DNA from: Candidatus Bathyarchaeota archaeon
Lineage (GTDB): Archaea > Thermoproteota > Bathyarchaeia > Bathyarchaeales > Bathycorpusculaceae
Length of the DNA: 64,000 bases
Assembly (NCBI GenBank): GCA_963717465.1
Contig: OY970340.1
Span: 2,048,001-2,112,000 of the forward strand
Reading direction: 5' to 3'
The position numbers and the translations under genes are program-made. Shown here piece after piece: positions 10,068 through 21,418 of this stretch. The number at the start of each line of letters is the position of its first letter. Position 1 is the first letter of the stretch. The notes below the pieces were generated by a model that searched no databases, had not been told where the DNA came from, and saw only the letters and a program-made list of their open reading frames with translations.

Positions 10068-12019
10068 ATGCAGTTTAAGTTAACAGCGCCCTACACGGCT
10101 TCACCGGGGCAAGAGGAAGCCGTCAAAAAGCTTGTCACTAACTTGGCCCACAAAGATAAGCAGACGCTCTTGGGCATCACAGGCAGCGGCAAAACCTTTG
10201 TTATGGCGAATTTAATTAATAAACTGCAAAAGCCCACCTTGATCATAGCTCATAATAAGATTTTAGCCGCCCAATTGTATGGTGAACTCAAAGAGCTTTT
10301 TCCTGAAAACCGTGTTGAATATTTTATTTCTTTTTATGATTATTACCAGCCTGAATCCTACATGCCTACAACAGATACGTACATTGAGAAAGATTCAGAT
10401 GTAAATGAACAGATTGAGAAAATGCGAATGCATGCTGTTTCAAGCATTGTCAGCCGTAACGACACGATTATTGTGGCAAGCATCAGTTGCATTTACAGTC
10501 TTGGTAACCCGGAAGATTTCAAAAGCCTAGCAGTCGAGTTAACTGTTGATAAACAATTTACTCGACAAGAGTTAATTCATGCTTTAGTTGATATGCAGTA
10601 TGAGCGTAACGATATGGCACTTGAACCGGGCAGGTTTCGAGTCCGCGGAGACGTGATAGATGTTGTTCCCGCCTACGAGAATGACATTTTGCGCGTAGAG
10701 TTGAATGGAAATAGAATTTGCAAAATTAAAGAAGTTGATCATTTAACTGGAAACGTAAAAGTGACTCTCGACAGAACCACACTTTACCCAGCAAGGCAAT
10801 ATGTAGTCCCTGAGGAAAAGCATGCACTTGCGCTTGAGCATATACAGCAAGAGTTGGATCAGCGGTTGCTTGAGCTTCCGCCTTTTGAAGCGCACAGGCT
10901 TAAGCAGAGGACAAATTATGATTTAGAGATGATTACGGGAAATTGGTTTCTGTTCTGGAATGGAAAATTACAGCAGGCATTTCGATGGGCGAAAACCAGG
11001 TGAGCCGCCGTTTACTTTGATGGATTATTTCCCAAAAGATTACTTGTTGATTATTGATGAGAGTCATCAGACAATTCCGCAATCAAGAGCCATGTACAAC
11101 GGTGACTATGCAAGGAAAAAGAACCTTGTGGATTTCGGCTTTAGACTGCCAAGCGCTATCGATAACAGGCCTTTAAAGTTTGAAGAGTTTGAGAAGAAAA
11201 TGGGCAAAACCCTTTTTGTATCTGCAACGCCTGCTGAGTATGAGTTGGAAAAAAGTGGTCCCGCCGGTGGAATTGATTACCCGGCCAACTGGTTTGCTTG
11301 ATCCAGAGATTGAACTTCACCCGATTGAAGGTCAAATGAAGCATTTGATGCTTGAAGCTAAGAAGACTATTGAGCGTGGAGACCGCATTTTAGTTACTAC
11401 GCTAACTAAGAGGATGGCTGAGGATTTAGCGGATTACCTTGCTAAAGAAGGCTTTCGTGTAAGGTACATGCATTCGGAAATTGAAAGTTTAGACCGTATA
11501 GAACTTGTGCGTCAACTAAGAGTAGGCGAATTCGATATTTTAGTGGGAATAAACTTGCTGCGTGAAGGTCTGGACATTCCAGAAGTTGCATCCATCTTCA
11601 TCTTAGACGCAGATAAAGAAGGCTTCTTACGAGACGAGCGAAGTTTAATTCAAACTATCGGGCGGGCTGCAAGAAACGTTAATGGAAAAGTATTCCTTTA
11701 TGGTGACGTTAAAACTCAGTCGATTAAGCGTGCGATGGAAATAACAAATTACAGGCGTGCTTTCCAAATGCGGTACAATAAAGTGCACAATATAACGCCT
11801 AAGACAATCGTAAAAGGTGTTTCTCATAAGGAAGGAGTAATCAAGGGTGCGAAACATTTGCCGAAGTCAGATATTCAAAGGCAAATAATCGAGTTTGACG
11901 CGCAAATGAGAGAGGCTGCTGAGAGACTGGATTTTGAGAAGGCTATTGAATTAAGAGATACGATCGCCATGTTGACTAAGTCGTTGTCTCAGAATGCGAG
12001 AATTGAGCAGTTGACATAG
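10068..12019 (+). CDS. uvrB: Excinuclease ABC subunit B (two frameshifts, probably sequencing indels)
   Basis: [26 protein letters not shown] and C-terminal UVR domain across ORFs 10068-11003, 10960-11301, 11180-12019. Confidence 0.95.
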
Positions 12020-12097
12020 GAAAATAACTGGTTTGATGCAAAAAGATACAAAAGCATAAATTAAAAGGTAGTATCTTGCGAAAGGCAGAAGGGAAAA

Positions 12098-14996
12098 TTG
12101 AGCGTCAATCATAAGAGATAATATTACAATTAAGGGCGCTCGGGAACATAATTTAAAAAATATTGATGTTGAGTTGCCCAGAAACAAGTTAATAGTGATT
12201 ACTGGGCTTTCAGGCTCAGGAAAATCCACTCTTGCATTTGACACAATTTATGCGGAGGGACAAAGGAGATACGTTGAAAGCTTATCCGCTTATGCAAGGC
12301 AGTTTTTAGGTTTAATGGATAAGCCCGATGTTGACTCTATTGAAGGTTTATCTCCAGCTATTTCAATTGAACAAAAAAGCACAAGCAAAAATCCTCGTTC
12401 AACAGTGGGCACAGTCACAGAAATTTATGATTATTTGCGACTTCTCTACGCGCGAATTGGAGTCCATCATTGTCCAAAATGTGGCAGTTCAATTCACCCT
12501 CAAAGCCCGGAAAACATCACAAGCCTTGTAATGTCTGAGAAAGGTAAAACTATGATCTTTTTAGCGCCAGTAATCAGGGGCATGAAAGGAACGCACGAGC
12601 AGGTTTTCGACGATTTAAAAAAGCAAGGATACACAAAAATCAGAGTGGACCAGAAAATTTACGATTCCGACTCAATCAAGGATGAAGTGAAACTGGTCCG
12701 CTATGAAAAGCATTGGATAGAAGCAGTCATAGACACGGTTAAGAATTGATGATGAAGAACGTTCGCGAATTGCTGAGGCAGTAGAGCAAGCGCTTCAATT
12801 CGGCAAAGGAACAATGATTGTTATAGACGCCGAGAACACGGATGCAAACAAAAAAAGAGAGCTCGAACGATTCGAAGCTGAAACAATCTACAGTACCTTT
12901 GGTGCTTGTCCCAATCATCCAGAAATTGTTTTTGAAAGCTTAGAGCCGCGAATGTTCTCGTTTAACTCGCCTTTTGGTGCATGCCCAAGTTGTCACGGTC
13001 TTGGGGAAATAATGGAGATAGCTGAAGACCTTGTGATTCCTGATAAGTCAAAATCCATAATGGATGGTGCGTTAGAAGTCTATGGCAAAATGGAGTTAAG
13101 TTGGCGTGCACAGCAGCTTGCAATGGTGGGCAAAAAACATGATTTTGACGTTTTCACTCCAATCGCTGACTTTTCTGAGAAGCAACTGCATGTTCTATTG
13201 TACGGTGATGCAGAGCCAATAAATGGCAGTTGGTCTAATGGCGCTAACATGTGGATGCGCAATGGTTGGGAAGGCATTATGCCCCAAACTATGCGGCTTT
13301 ATCGCCAAACAGAATAGTGAATGGAGAAAAGAAGACATTGAGAAATTTATGATTTATAAACCCTGCAATGTGTGTCAGGGCAAAAGGCTTCAGCCAGTGG
13401 TTCTTGCCGTTCGAGTATTAGACAAAAGCATAATCGACGTGACTGACCTTTCAATTGACGAGGCAGTTAACTTTTTCCATAATTTACCAGAGAAACTAAG
13501 CGAGAAGGATATGGCGATTGCCAAACAGGTGCTTAAGGAAATTAATGAGCGATTAGGCTTCCTTAAAAATGTAGGGTTAGGCTATCTCTCGCTTTCCAGA
13601 GCCGCAAGAACGCTCTCAGGCGGAGAAGCTCAACGTATCCGTTTAGCTACACAAATCGGCAGCAACCTAATGGGCGTTCTCTACATTTTAGATGAGCCAA
13701 GCATTGGCTTGCATCAAAGAGATAATGCTAAATTAATCGCTACACTCCGCAAGTTACGTGATCTTGGGAACACTTTGATAGTGGTTGAGCACGACGAGGA
13801 AACTATTCGAAGTGCAGATTACATTGTGGATATGGGTCCAGGAGCTGGAATTCATGGAGGTCACGTTGTTGCTGAGGGAGCGCCATGGCAAATTGAGAAG
13901 AACAAGAAGAGCCTTACGGGGAAGTATCTTTGTGGCGAATTAAAAATTGAGGTTCCTTCACAGAGAAGAAAAATCCTTGATTACATAACGGTTTCTGGTG
14001 CTCAGGAAAATAACCTGAAGAATCTTACGGTTAAGCTTCCGTTAGGCGTTCTATGCGGTGTAACTGGTGTTTCAGGTTCAGGGAAGAGCACGCTTATGAA
14101 CCAGACAGTTATGCCTGCTTTAAGGCAAAAGTTTGGAGAACGCGTTGACAAAGTAGGAAGGCACAGTCAAATTGATATTCCTCGATTGGTAAGGAACGTT
14201 ATAGTTATTGACCAAGATCCCATTGGCAGGACTCCGAGGAGTAATCCTGCAACTTACACGAAACTTTTCGATGAAATCAGGCGCATTTTTGCCTCAACAA
14301 AAGAAGCAAAAGCACGTGGATACAAGGAAGGTCGATTCTCGTTTAACGTTAAAGGTGGCAGATGCGAAACATGCAGCGGCGATGGCGTTTTACGGATTGA
14401 AATGAACTTTCTCCCAGATGTTTACGTGCAATGCAGCGAATGCAAGGGTAAACGCTACAACAAGGAAACCCTTAGCATCCTCTACAAGGGCAAGAACATC
14501 GCTGAAGTGCTAGATATGACTGTGGAGGAGGCTGCAGTGTTCTTTGAGAATGTGCCCTTTATTTCAAGGAAACTTCAGACGTTGCTTGATGTTGGGTTAG
14601 GTTACATTAAGCTTGGGCAGAGTTCAACAACGCTTTCTGGAGGAGAAAGCCAGCGTATCAAGATCACTCGTGAACTTAGCAAGAACAAGTCGGGGCACGT
14701 AGTTTACATGTTGGATGAGCCTACAACGGGGCTTCATTTTGATGATACCAAGCGGCTTATTGCGGTTTTGAATCGGCTTGTAGAAAAAGGAAACACTGTT
14801 TACGTTATCGAGCACAATTTGGATGTGGTTAAGAGTTGCGATTACCTTCTTGATTTGGGACCTGAAGGTGGTCTGGCAGGAGGAGAAATTCTTGCCAGCT
14901 GGGACGCCTGAAGAAGTCGCTGAAAACTCGAACTCATACACAGGGAAATTCCTGAAAAAAATGCTGACTAAACAGGCAATGGCGATTCAACAGTGA
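12098..14996 (+). CDS. uvrA: Excinuclease ABC subunit A (several frameshifts, probably sequencing indels)
   Basis: [18 protein letters not shown], zinc fingers, LSGGEAQR, second ABC cassette [16 protein letters not shown]; final TGA overlaps the uvrC GTG. Confidence 0.95.
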
Positions 14997-16591
14997 TTCC
15001 AATTTCTGCTCCAACTGAATTCAAAAGCAGTCAGATTCCACTTAATCCTGGAGTATACTTGTTTAAAGATGAGTCGGGTGAAATCTTGTATGTTGGGAAA
15101 GCCAAGAGTCTACGGCAGCGAGTTAAAAGTTACTTTGCAAATTCTGATCAGCCAGCCAAAACGAGGCAGTTGGTTTCAAGAATTAGAAACATTGACTGGA
15201 TTGTCGTGAATAATGAAGTTGAAGCGTTGCTTTTGGAGAATAAACTTGTTAAGCAGCACTCGCCAAGATACAATGTTAACCTTAAAGATGCTAAGACATA
15301 CGCTTACATCGCTTTTACACGTGAAGAATACCCGAGAATTTTGACTTCACGCAAAGTATCACGCAAACTCGAATCTTTCGGACCCTACACCGACGGGTTC
15401 ACTAGGCAAGATTTACAACGGTTGGTTGTGCGAGTTTTTAAATTGCGGACTTGCAAGAAACTACCCAAACGTGCCTGCTTGAATTTTCACATCGGCCTCT
15501 GCACAGCACCCTGCATCCAAAACGTCACGGGCGAAAAGTACATTCGTCAGGTGGAGCAAGCGCGTTCTTTTCTGAATGGGAATTATCAGCAGACAATTGA
15601 ATTGCTTAAGGCGCAAATGGAGAAAGATTCTCAAACGCAAAAATATGAAGAGGCGCTTGATTTGCGAAATCAAATCTTTTCCATCCGCCTTTTAACCCAA
15701 CGCCAGGTAGTTGATAACGAGAGAAGGTTTGACCAAGACGTAATGGTCTTTAGACAATTCGGCGAGAAAGTGAACGTTGTGCAAATGGGTGTGCGGAAAG
15801 GGGTTTTGCTGGGGAAGAAAGAGTTTTCAGTTGATTTGCAGCCGCAGATTGAGCAGGAATTTCTTAAAGCGTTTTACGCAACGAACAGGATTCCAAGAGA
15901 GATACTGCTTAACAAGCCTTGTTGGCAAGATAATGATGAAAAGGTTGCTTTGGAAGAGTTTTTGTCATCGAAACGGTTGGCGCCTGTAACGTTGGTTGTT
16001 CCGAGGCGTGCAGATAAGCTTGCGCTGGTAAAGTTGGCAGAGAAAAATTTGGAGTCCACTATGAACGTTGATGGTGCATTGGTTGATTTACAAAATACGC
16101 TAAATCTTGCAGTGCTGCCTCGGTTAATTGAATGTTTTGATGTTTCAAACTTGGGTCAAGAGCACGTGGTTTCCGGCATGGTCAGCTTTAAAGACGCAAA
16201 ACCCAACAAGAATGGCTATCGCAAATTCAAAATTAAAACTTTCACGGGGCAGGATGATTTTGCAGCAGTCAACGAAGTGGTAACGCGAAGATACAAGCGC
16301 GTAATGGAAGAAAAAGCTGTATTGCCTGACTTGGTGGTTGTTGATGGAGGACCTGGACAAGTCAGCGCCGCAAAAACTGCTCTACAATCGTTGGGGCTTC
16401 AGCTGCCGCTGATTGGTTTAGCTAAGGAGCATGAGGAGATTTATTTGCCCGATGGATCCTCTGCTCTGAAATTTGATGAAAACAGTAAGATGATGCTTTT
16501 GTTGAGAAGGATCAGGGATACAGCGCATAACTTTTCAGTTGGTTACAACATTAAACGCAGAGAAATGAAAATGCGTGAAGATTTCGAGTGA
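14993..16591 (+). CDS. uvrC: Excinuclease ABC subunit C
   Basis: GIY-YIG (PGVYLF...YVGKAKSL), Cys cluster, RNase H-like IECFDVS, VDGGPGQ. Confidence 0.95.
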   Translation: MIPISAPTEFKSSQIPLNPGVYLFKDESGEILYVGKAKSLRQRVKSYFANSDQPAKTRQLVSRIRNIDWIVVNNEVEALLLENKLVKQHSPRYNVNLKDAKTYAYIAFTREEYPRILTSRKVSRKLESFGPYTDGFTRQDLQRLVVRVFKLRTCKKLPKRACLNFHIGLCTAPCIQNVTGEKYIRQVEQARSFLNGNYQQTIELLKAQMEKDSQTQKYEEALDLRNQIFSIRLLTQRQVVDNERRFDQDVMVFRQFGEKVNVVQMGVRKGVLLGKKEFSVDLQPQIEQEFLKAFYATNRIPREILLNKPCWQDNDEKVALEEFLSSKRLAPVTLVVPRRADKLALVKLAEKNLESTMNVDGALVDLQNTLNLAVLPRLIECFDVSNLGQEHVVSGMVSFKDAKPNKNGYRKFKIKTFTGQDDFAAVNEVVTRRYKRVMEEKAVLPDLVVVDGGPGQVSAAKTALQSLGLQLPLIGLAKEHEEIYLPDGSSALKFDENSKMMLLLRRIRDTAHNFSVGYNIKRREMKMREDFE

Positions 16592-17187
16592 CTTGTTTCC
16601 CGTGACTGGTGGGAAAAGGGTTGAGGGTTTGTGGCGTTCGGTTGTTTTTGAACTGTTGTTTAGTTTAAGTTGAATGGTGCTGTGAGTTTTTGGTGTGGTG
16701 GATCCTAATTTTGAAAGGCTTAACGCACTCATTATAGAGAAGTAGAAAAAGAAGGTTTTCCGGCAGATGAATCAAGGGTTCTTTGAAGTTCGTTTCATTC
16801 TCTCAAAACTAATTTGAATAACTGTCCAGAATAAAGTGATATTCTAAAAAAGGAGAGTGACTGCGTAGAATTAGGAGAATTGGCGATGTCGCCAGTCTGT
16901 TGAGGGTTCGAATCCGACTATCTTTGTAAAAAGCACCGAGGGTTTGGTTGAAAGCACGCAAGCCTATCGAAAGCTCACTTAGAAACTGCTCGCTAAGCAA
17001 AAATTTTAGCAGTTCCTTAAAATTTAGTTTACCCATAGAACATTGACTTAACATATTGGAAAGTTTTATGTAGTCAAACAAGCCAACAAGTTAAGCTTAA
17101 CCTCCTTTTTTCCATAAATTGGGGGAAATTGGTAAGGAAAGGGAATGAAACATAATACCACAAGAAAATAGAAGCTTAAAACTAGCA

Positions 17188-18369
17188 TTGCTTACTATCG
17201 GTCAATTTACGTTCTCGATGTGTTTCACTGGTCCTTTGGCTATACTTACGCCTTACGTACAATTACTTGGTGGTACTCTAATAGAGGCAGGACTTGTAAT
17301 CGGCATCATATTTCTGTTGCAGGCTCTAATGATGATAGTATTTGGAGTTATCGGTGATAAATATGGAAAAAGGCTTCCTTTGTTTATAGGCTGCTTGGTG
17401 ATGTCAATAGGCACTTTACTTTGTCCATTGGCACCTAACGTAATATGGCTGGTTGTCTTTAGGGCAATCGTGGGAATAGGACTAGGAGTGTTCGGTCTTT
17501 TTGGTGGTGCCTTTGCTGCATTTTTCTCGCGAGAAAGAACTTCGGTTGGAATGGGGGTCTATATGACTACGCAGGGAATAGGTGGTTTCATTGGAACTTT
17601 AGTCGCCGGAATAATAGCTGCAGTATTTGGCGGTGGAATATTTGGAGATCAAATGGTGTTCTACATCCTTGGTACACTTGGCTTAATAGCAACAGTAACT
17701 GCAACCATTGGAATTGTTGAGATGCCACACGTAAAACTAGCAGTACCAACAGCAGAGAAACCAAAAGGAAGAGGTCTAGGGGCAATCATCAAAACTCGAA
17801 ATATTTGGCCGGTCATCATTGCGCTGATATTTGTGGTTATCGGCATTCAAACAACGGGAGCATTCGGTTCAGCTATGGCTCTGGCTATCGGTGCACCCGC
17901 GGCATTAATTGGGTTGGTGGCAGGCTTCACATTATTGCCTTCAGCGATCATGGGTGTTTTCATGGGAACAGCCGTGCTTAAAATTGGAACCAAGAAACCA
18001 GCTGTTATAGGAGCTTTCTTAGCCGCCGTGGCGATAGCCTTAATAGGGTATGCCTTCGTGATAGCATCATTTATTTTCTTGTTGATCGCGTGCCTTTTAC
18101 TCAGTATTTTCATAGGCTTTAACCAGACACCATGTTTAGCCATGGCAGCCGGATCCGTTGCGCCTGAAGAGCACAACAGGGCTATAAGTCTGATTATGAT
18201 GGCCGCTATCCTTCCAGGTTTCCTAACCATACTAACAGGAGCTCTAGCAATGACTGCAGGATACGCAACAACATTTTACATCGTAGCTGTTCTAGTAGCC
18301 GTCGGAGCATGCTTTTTGCTTTTAACAAAAGAAATAAAACGCGACAAAACGCGCCACCCCAGAACATGA
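17188..18369 (+). CDS. MFS transporter (true start may be ~17145 via frameshift)
   Basis: ~12 hydrophobic segments, motif A GVIGDKYGKR. Confidence 0.9.
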   Translation: MLTIGQFTFSMCFTGPLAILTPYVQLLGGTLIEAGLVIGIIFLLQALMMIVFGVIGDKYGKRLPLFIGCLVMSIGTLLCPLAPNVIWLVVFRAIVGIGLGVFGLFGGAFAAFFSRERTSVGMGVYMTTQGIGGFIGTLVAGIIAAVFGGGIFGDQMVFYILGTLGLIATVTATIGIVEMPHVKLAVPTAEKPKGRGLGAIIKTRNIWPVIIALIFVVIGIQTTGAFGSAMALAIGAPAALIGLVAGFTLLPSAIMGVFMGTAVLKIGTKKPAVIGAFLAAVAIALIGYAFVIASFIFLLIACLLLSIFIGFNQTPCLAMAAGSVAPEEHNRAISLIMMAAILPGFLTILTGALAMTAGYATTFYIVAVLVAVGACFLLLTKEIKRDKTRHPRT

Positions 18370-18510
18370 AAAAATCGCGCAATTAAAACTGTGAAAAGAG
18401 GACTTTGAAATCTGCAAATTAAGGCTTGTTTTTTTAGCTAACGTATTATAAAAAAAGGGAACTTTGCGGAGTAAACGAGTTTGCTGGCGACATCACCTCT
18501 CTCGATAGCG

Positions 18511-18533
18511 TCCGAATCCCTTCCTCGGCGCCA
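18511..18533 (+). repeat. tRNA-Ser-like 3' fragment (possible att remnant)
   Basis: TCCGAATCCCTTCCTCGGCGCCA = T-loop, acceptor 3' strand, G discriminator and CCA, with no upstream GCCGAGG 5' half. Confidence 0.55.
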
Positions 18534-18712
18534 TTTTACCAGTTAGTGGTTCAATTTAAGCCTTATTTGTTATAAAAACCGCGAATATTCATTATTAGTT
18601 TTTGCGTTTCAACTCTTCCAAGAAAATTCTTGGGCTGGCAATAAGAATCCACTTTTGTAGGAGATAATTTGCGGGTACTATTCCAGAAGCAGAATACTGC
18701 CAAATGCTATAA

Positions 18713-19885
18713 TCAGTGTCTGGCATAGTAGGAGGCTACTGCCCGGAATGCCTCTTTGGGTTCCCAAGGCATATCAGTGTAAGTGTCTCCTCTCTTGTCA
18801 AATTCACCGGTGAATTTTGACATTTCCTCTGGAGCTAAATCAACACCTAAAAGTTCCTTTCCTTGTCGTTCAGTCTGCAAAGTTATTTGTTCAAAAGTGT
18901 CTTTCTCAGGATAGCTTTTTACTAGGCTGTAGCTGCCCATGTCGCCGTCGAATCTAGGGTCTGGGGCGTATGTGGAAGTCGGAGACACAAAAGTGAAAAC
19001 GAACGCTCCCTCAACGCCTGCCGCGTCAAATGTAACGAGTTGTTCTATGATCTCTTTTGCTTGTAAACTTTCGTCGCGAATGTAGTGGCCGTCAGCCTTC
19101 GGAATGACCTTGAGCATTTCCTCAATCATTTTGGGCAAAGTTATCTTTGGTCCAAGGTAATCAGCCATCATACCGAAAATGACGATGAAGCCATTACCAC
19201 CAAGCATATCCGCCCCTCGGTAAGTGCAGCAACCGAATTCACCTATCATGACGGGCTTGTTGTAGGCTTGGTAACCGCTGACAATTTTGCCGAATACATT
19301 TTTGATTCGAGCATCCCGATAAAGATCAGCGCCAATGAAGTCAAACGGGTTCCAGTCCACTGTTTCGAGCGGGACTGAGAAATAGGTAACCTTGCCGTTA
19401 AACACCTGTCTGACAGCCTGGTTTGCCTTTGCAAGGAATTCATTAAGTGGCTTGTTATGTCTGCCCTCTTTGATGCTAATCCAGAATGAGGGGTTGTTCA
19501 TCCGTTCAAAGAAATTTTTGCCTTCAATTATTCCTTGAGTAAAAAGGGTCAATTCTGACCCCACACTGAACACTACTTTTTCCGACCACCGCTTTCTCAA
19601 CAATTCTGCAGCCTTGGCGGCTGTCACGAGGTATTGGAGAGTCTCCTCTTGGCTTCTGTCCCACATCTCAGGTGAGAACCACACTTCCAACCCTTGCCTT
19701 AATGCTTCCTCGCTGGCAGTTACCAGTCGCTTAATGTCAAGACCACAAATTCTCACAACGTTGCAATGCAAGTCCTTTTTGATTATTTCGAGTTCTCGAC
19801 GTACAATTTTAGAGTCGAATTTAGGGCGCCAATTACTGCCCATCATTACTCGTCCAACATCATAACATACACCTTTTCGATTCAT
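18713..19885 (-). CDS. TIM-barrel glycoside-hydrolase-like protein (family often labelled 'abortive infection protein')
   Basis: KGVCYDVG, LHCNVVRICG, GSEL, KPVMIGEFGCCTYRGA, WEPKEAF. Confidence 0.7.
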   Translation of the reverse strand: MNRKGVCYDVGRVMMGSNWRPKFDSKIVRRELEIIKKDLHCNVVRICGLDIKRLVTASEEALRQGLEVWFSPEMWDRSQEETLQYLVTAAKAAELLRKRWSEKVVFSVGSELTLFTQGIIEGKNFFERMNNPSFWISIKEGRHNKPLNEFLAKANQAVRQVFNGKVTYFSVPLETVDWNPFDFIGADLYRDARIKNVFGKIVSGYQAYNKPVMIGEFGCCTYRGADMLGGNGFIVIFGMMADYLGPKITLPKMIEEMLKVIPKADGHYIRDESLQAKEIIEQLVTFDAAGVEGAFVFTFVSPTSTYAPDPRFDGDMGSYSLVKSYPEKDTFEQITLQTERQGKELLGVDLAPEEMSKFTGEFDKRGDTYTDMPWEPKEAFRAVASYYARH

Positions 19886-19887
19886 TA

Positions 19888-20514
19888 TTAACAGACCTCT
19901 TGTTTGTCTGGTTTTAGCATTCGCAGGATGATTTTGGCATCTGGGAAATACTTCTTGCTGTCGCTTAGGTCAAGCATGGTTGCTCTTTTCATTAATCCGT
20001 TAAAACAAGCCAGCAACGCAACCATAAGCTGGTCAGGGTCATCCTTAACGATTTCTCCAGTAGCCTGCCCTTCAATGATAAGCTGACGCATAATATCCTG
20101 AATGGCCCTACCGTTTCTTTGAACAAGACCTTTAAGATCGATAGGTGCCTTTTCATCTTCCAAAACATTATACATTAACTGGGACATCCCGGGGTTTTCA
20201 CGATAGTTTTCAAGAATGTAGGTGATTAGAAGTGCAAGACGTGTGCCTGGTTTACCTTGAATTTGGGCAATGCGCTCGGTTGGCCCACCGCCTGCTTCTG
20301 CTGCTTGCTTAACTAAGACAGCGAAGATTTCTTCCTTGCTTGCAAAATAGTGATAGGCTAATCCCTCACTAACTCCAGCTTTGGCTGATATTTCAGCCAT
20401 TGTTGCAGCCCGCCCTTTGATTGCAAATACGGCTATAGCAGCGTTCAAGATTTTTTGTGTTGTCTCTTTTCTAATTTCTTCGTTTGCTTCTTTGCTTCTA
20501 GGCAATATAACCAC
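19888..20514 (-). CDS. TetR/AcrR family regulator
   Basis: ATMAEISAKAGVSEGLAYHYFASKEEIF HTH. Confidence 0.92.
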   Translation of the reverse strand: MVILPRSKEANEEIRKETTQKILNAAIAVFAIKGRAATMAEISAKAGVSEGLAYHYFASKEEIFAVLVKQAAEAGGGPTERIAQIQGKPGTRLALLITYILENYRENPGMSQLMYNVLEDEKAPIDLKGLVQRNGRAIQDIMRQLIIEGQATGEIVKDDPDQLMVALLACFNGLMKRATMLDLSDSKKYFPDAKIILRMLKPDKQEVC

Positions 20515-20521
20515 ATTTTTT

Positions 20522-20540
20522 ATTGAATGATTTATTCAAT
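20522..20540. promoter_or_regulatory. Palindromic operator upstream of tetR
   Basis: ATTGAAT-N5-ATTCAAT between a TATA-like box (~20544-20551, minus strand) and the tetR start. Confidence 0.6.
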
Positions 20541-20749
20541 CAACTATAAAAGGTTAAACCAGTTCATTCAAAAAGACTTATTGCCTGACTGTAGGCGCGT
20601 TAGAGAATTCTTTTTGCCTATCTTTCCCGACGTTAATTTATTTCCACCTCGAGGGGCAATATTATTTGTTAAAACAAAATCGAATACAGAAAATGAAAAA
20701 AAGAGGGTTTGCGGGTGCTGGCCCCCAGGCGTGGGGTCAAAATTGTAGC

Positions 20750-20873
20750 GGCCCCTATGGAAGAACTGGATTTTAACTCTAGTAACAGATTGGTTTGAGT
20801 TAGACCGATACAGCAATGACAGCTTAGAATGATTTACTAGTAAACTAGGGCTCAAATCCCTTTCCCAGGGCCA
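20750..20873. other. ~125-nt imperfect inverted repeat with tRNA-like 3' end
   Basis: GGATTTTAACTCTAGT pairs 14/16 with ACTAGGGCTCAAATCC; termini GGCCC/GGGCC; internal hairpin 20789-20809; ends GGGCTCAAATCCC...GCCA. Confidence 0.4.
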
Positions 20874-20914
20874 ATTTTAAAATTAATCGGAGCTCCCAAG
20901 GGAAGAAACGTATA

Positions 20915-21231
20915 TTATTGTGTTTTGAGTTCGCCAAGTCTTTTGGTTAGCTCATCAAAAATTACTTGCTTCTTCTCGTTACCCAAGTGGAAAACGACTT
21001 TTGAAGCCATTTCATTTGATATAGTGAAGATATAATTCAATTTTATAACGCTGTCTTTCAATGCGCCTTCGCTCTTGGTAAGGGGGATTCCTTTCATTTT
21101 GAGATTACTGGTAACGCCCGCAACGACAACGTTTCCAATTCCTCGAACAGAACTACGGCTGGTCTAACTTTCACTTCAGCGGTGTCTGTGAATTGGACGG
21201 TTGCAAGAATAACGTCTCCAGACTTAGGCAT
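20915..21231 (-). CDS. PemK/MazF family toxin (one frameshift ~21140)
   Basis: Manual translation MPKSGDVILATVQFTDTAEVKVRPAVVLF...VVVAGVTSN joins ORF 20915-21097. Confidence 0.8.
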
Positions 21232-21340
21232 TTTCCCAAGCCTCGTCTTCCTCGTTATCCCATAATTCCCTCATTTTCGCTTGCTGAATTTTATGCAAAA
21301 ACTCGTCATATTGCCTTCTATTTTTGGATTCCTTTGCCAT
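21224..21340 (-). CDS. Putative antitoxin (38 aa)
   Basis: MAKESKNRRQYDEFLHKIQQAKMRELWDNEEDEAWENA; acidic WDNEED tail; overlaps the toxin start. Confidence 0.7.
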   Translation of the reverse strand: MAKESKNRRQYDEFLHKIQQAKMRELWDNEEDEAWENA

Positions 21341-21418
21341 CCTAATCAGATCTATTATGATTTCTTTGTACGTTTTTCTGGGATGCTAAATGCAATTAAA
21401 TTATGTGTCCCAACAAAG

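Noticed and set aside
10920..14911. Programmed frameshifting in uvrA/uvrB
   Set aside because: Multiple indels at unrelated positions, same pattern as other housekeeping genes; no consistent slippery sites.
18713..19885. Genuine anti-phage abortive infection system
   Set aside because: The label is a legacy family annotation; the sequence looks like a TIM-barrel hydrolase under TetR control and nothing here shows a defence function.
20750..20873. tRNA-Sec or ochre suppressor tRNA
   Set aside because: No UCA anticodon, no convincing D-arm, imperfect acceptor pairing and an over-long variable region; kept only as an unexplained structure.
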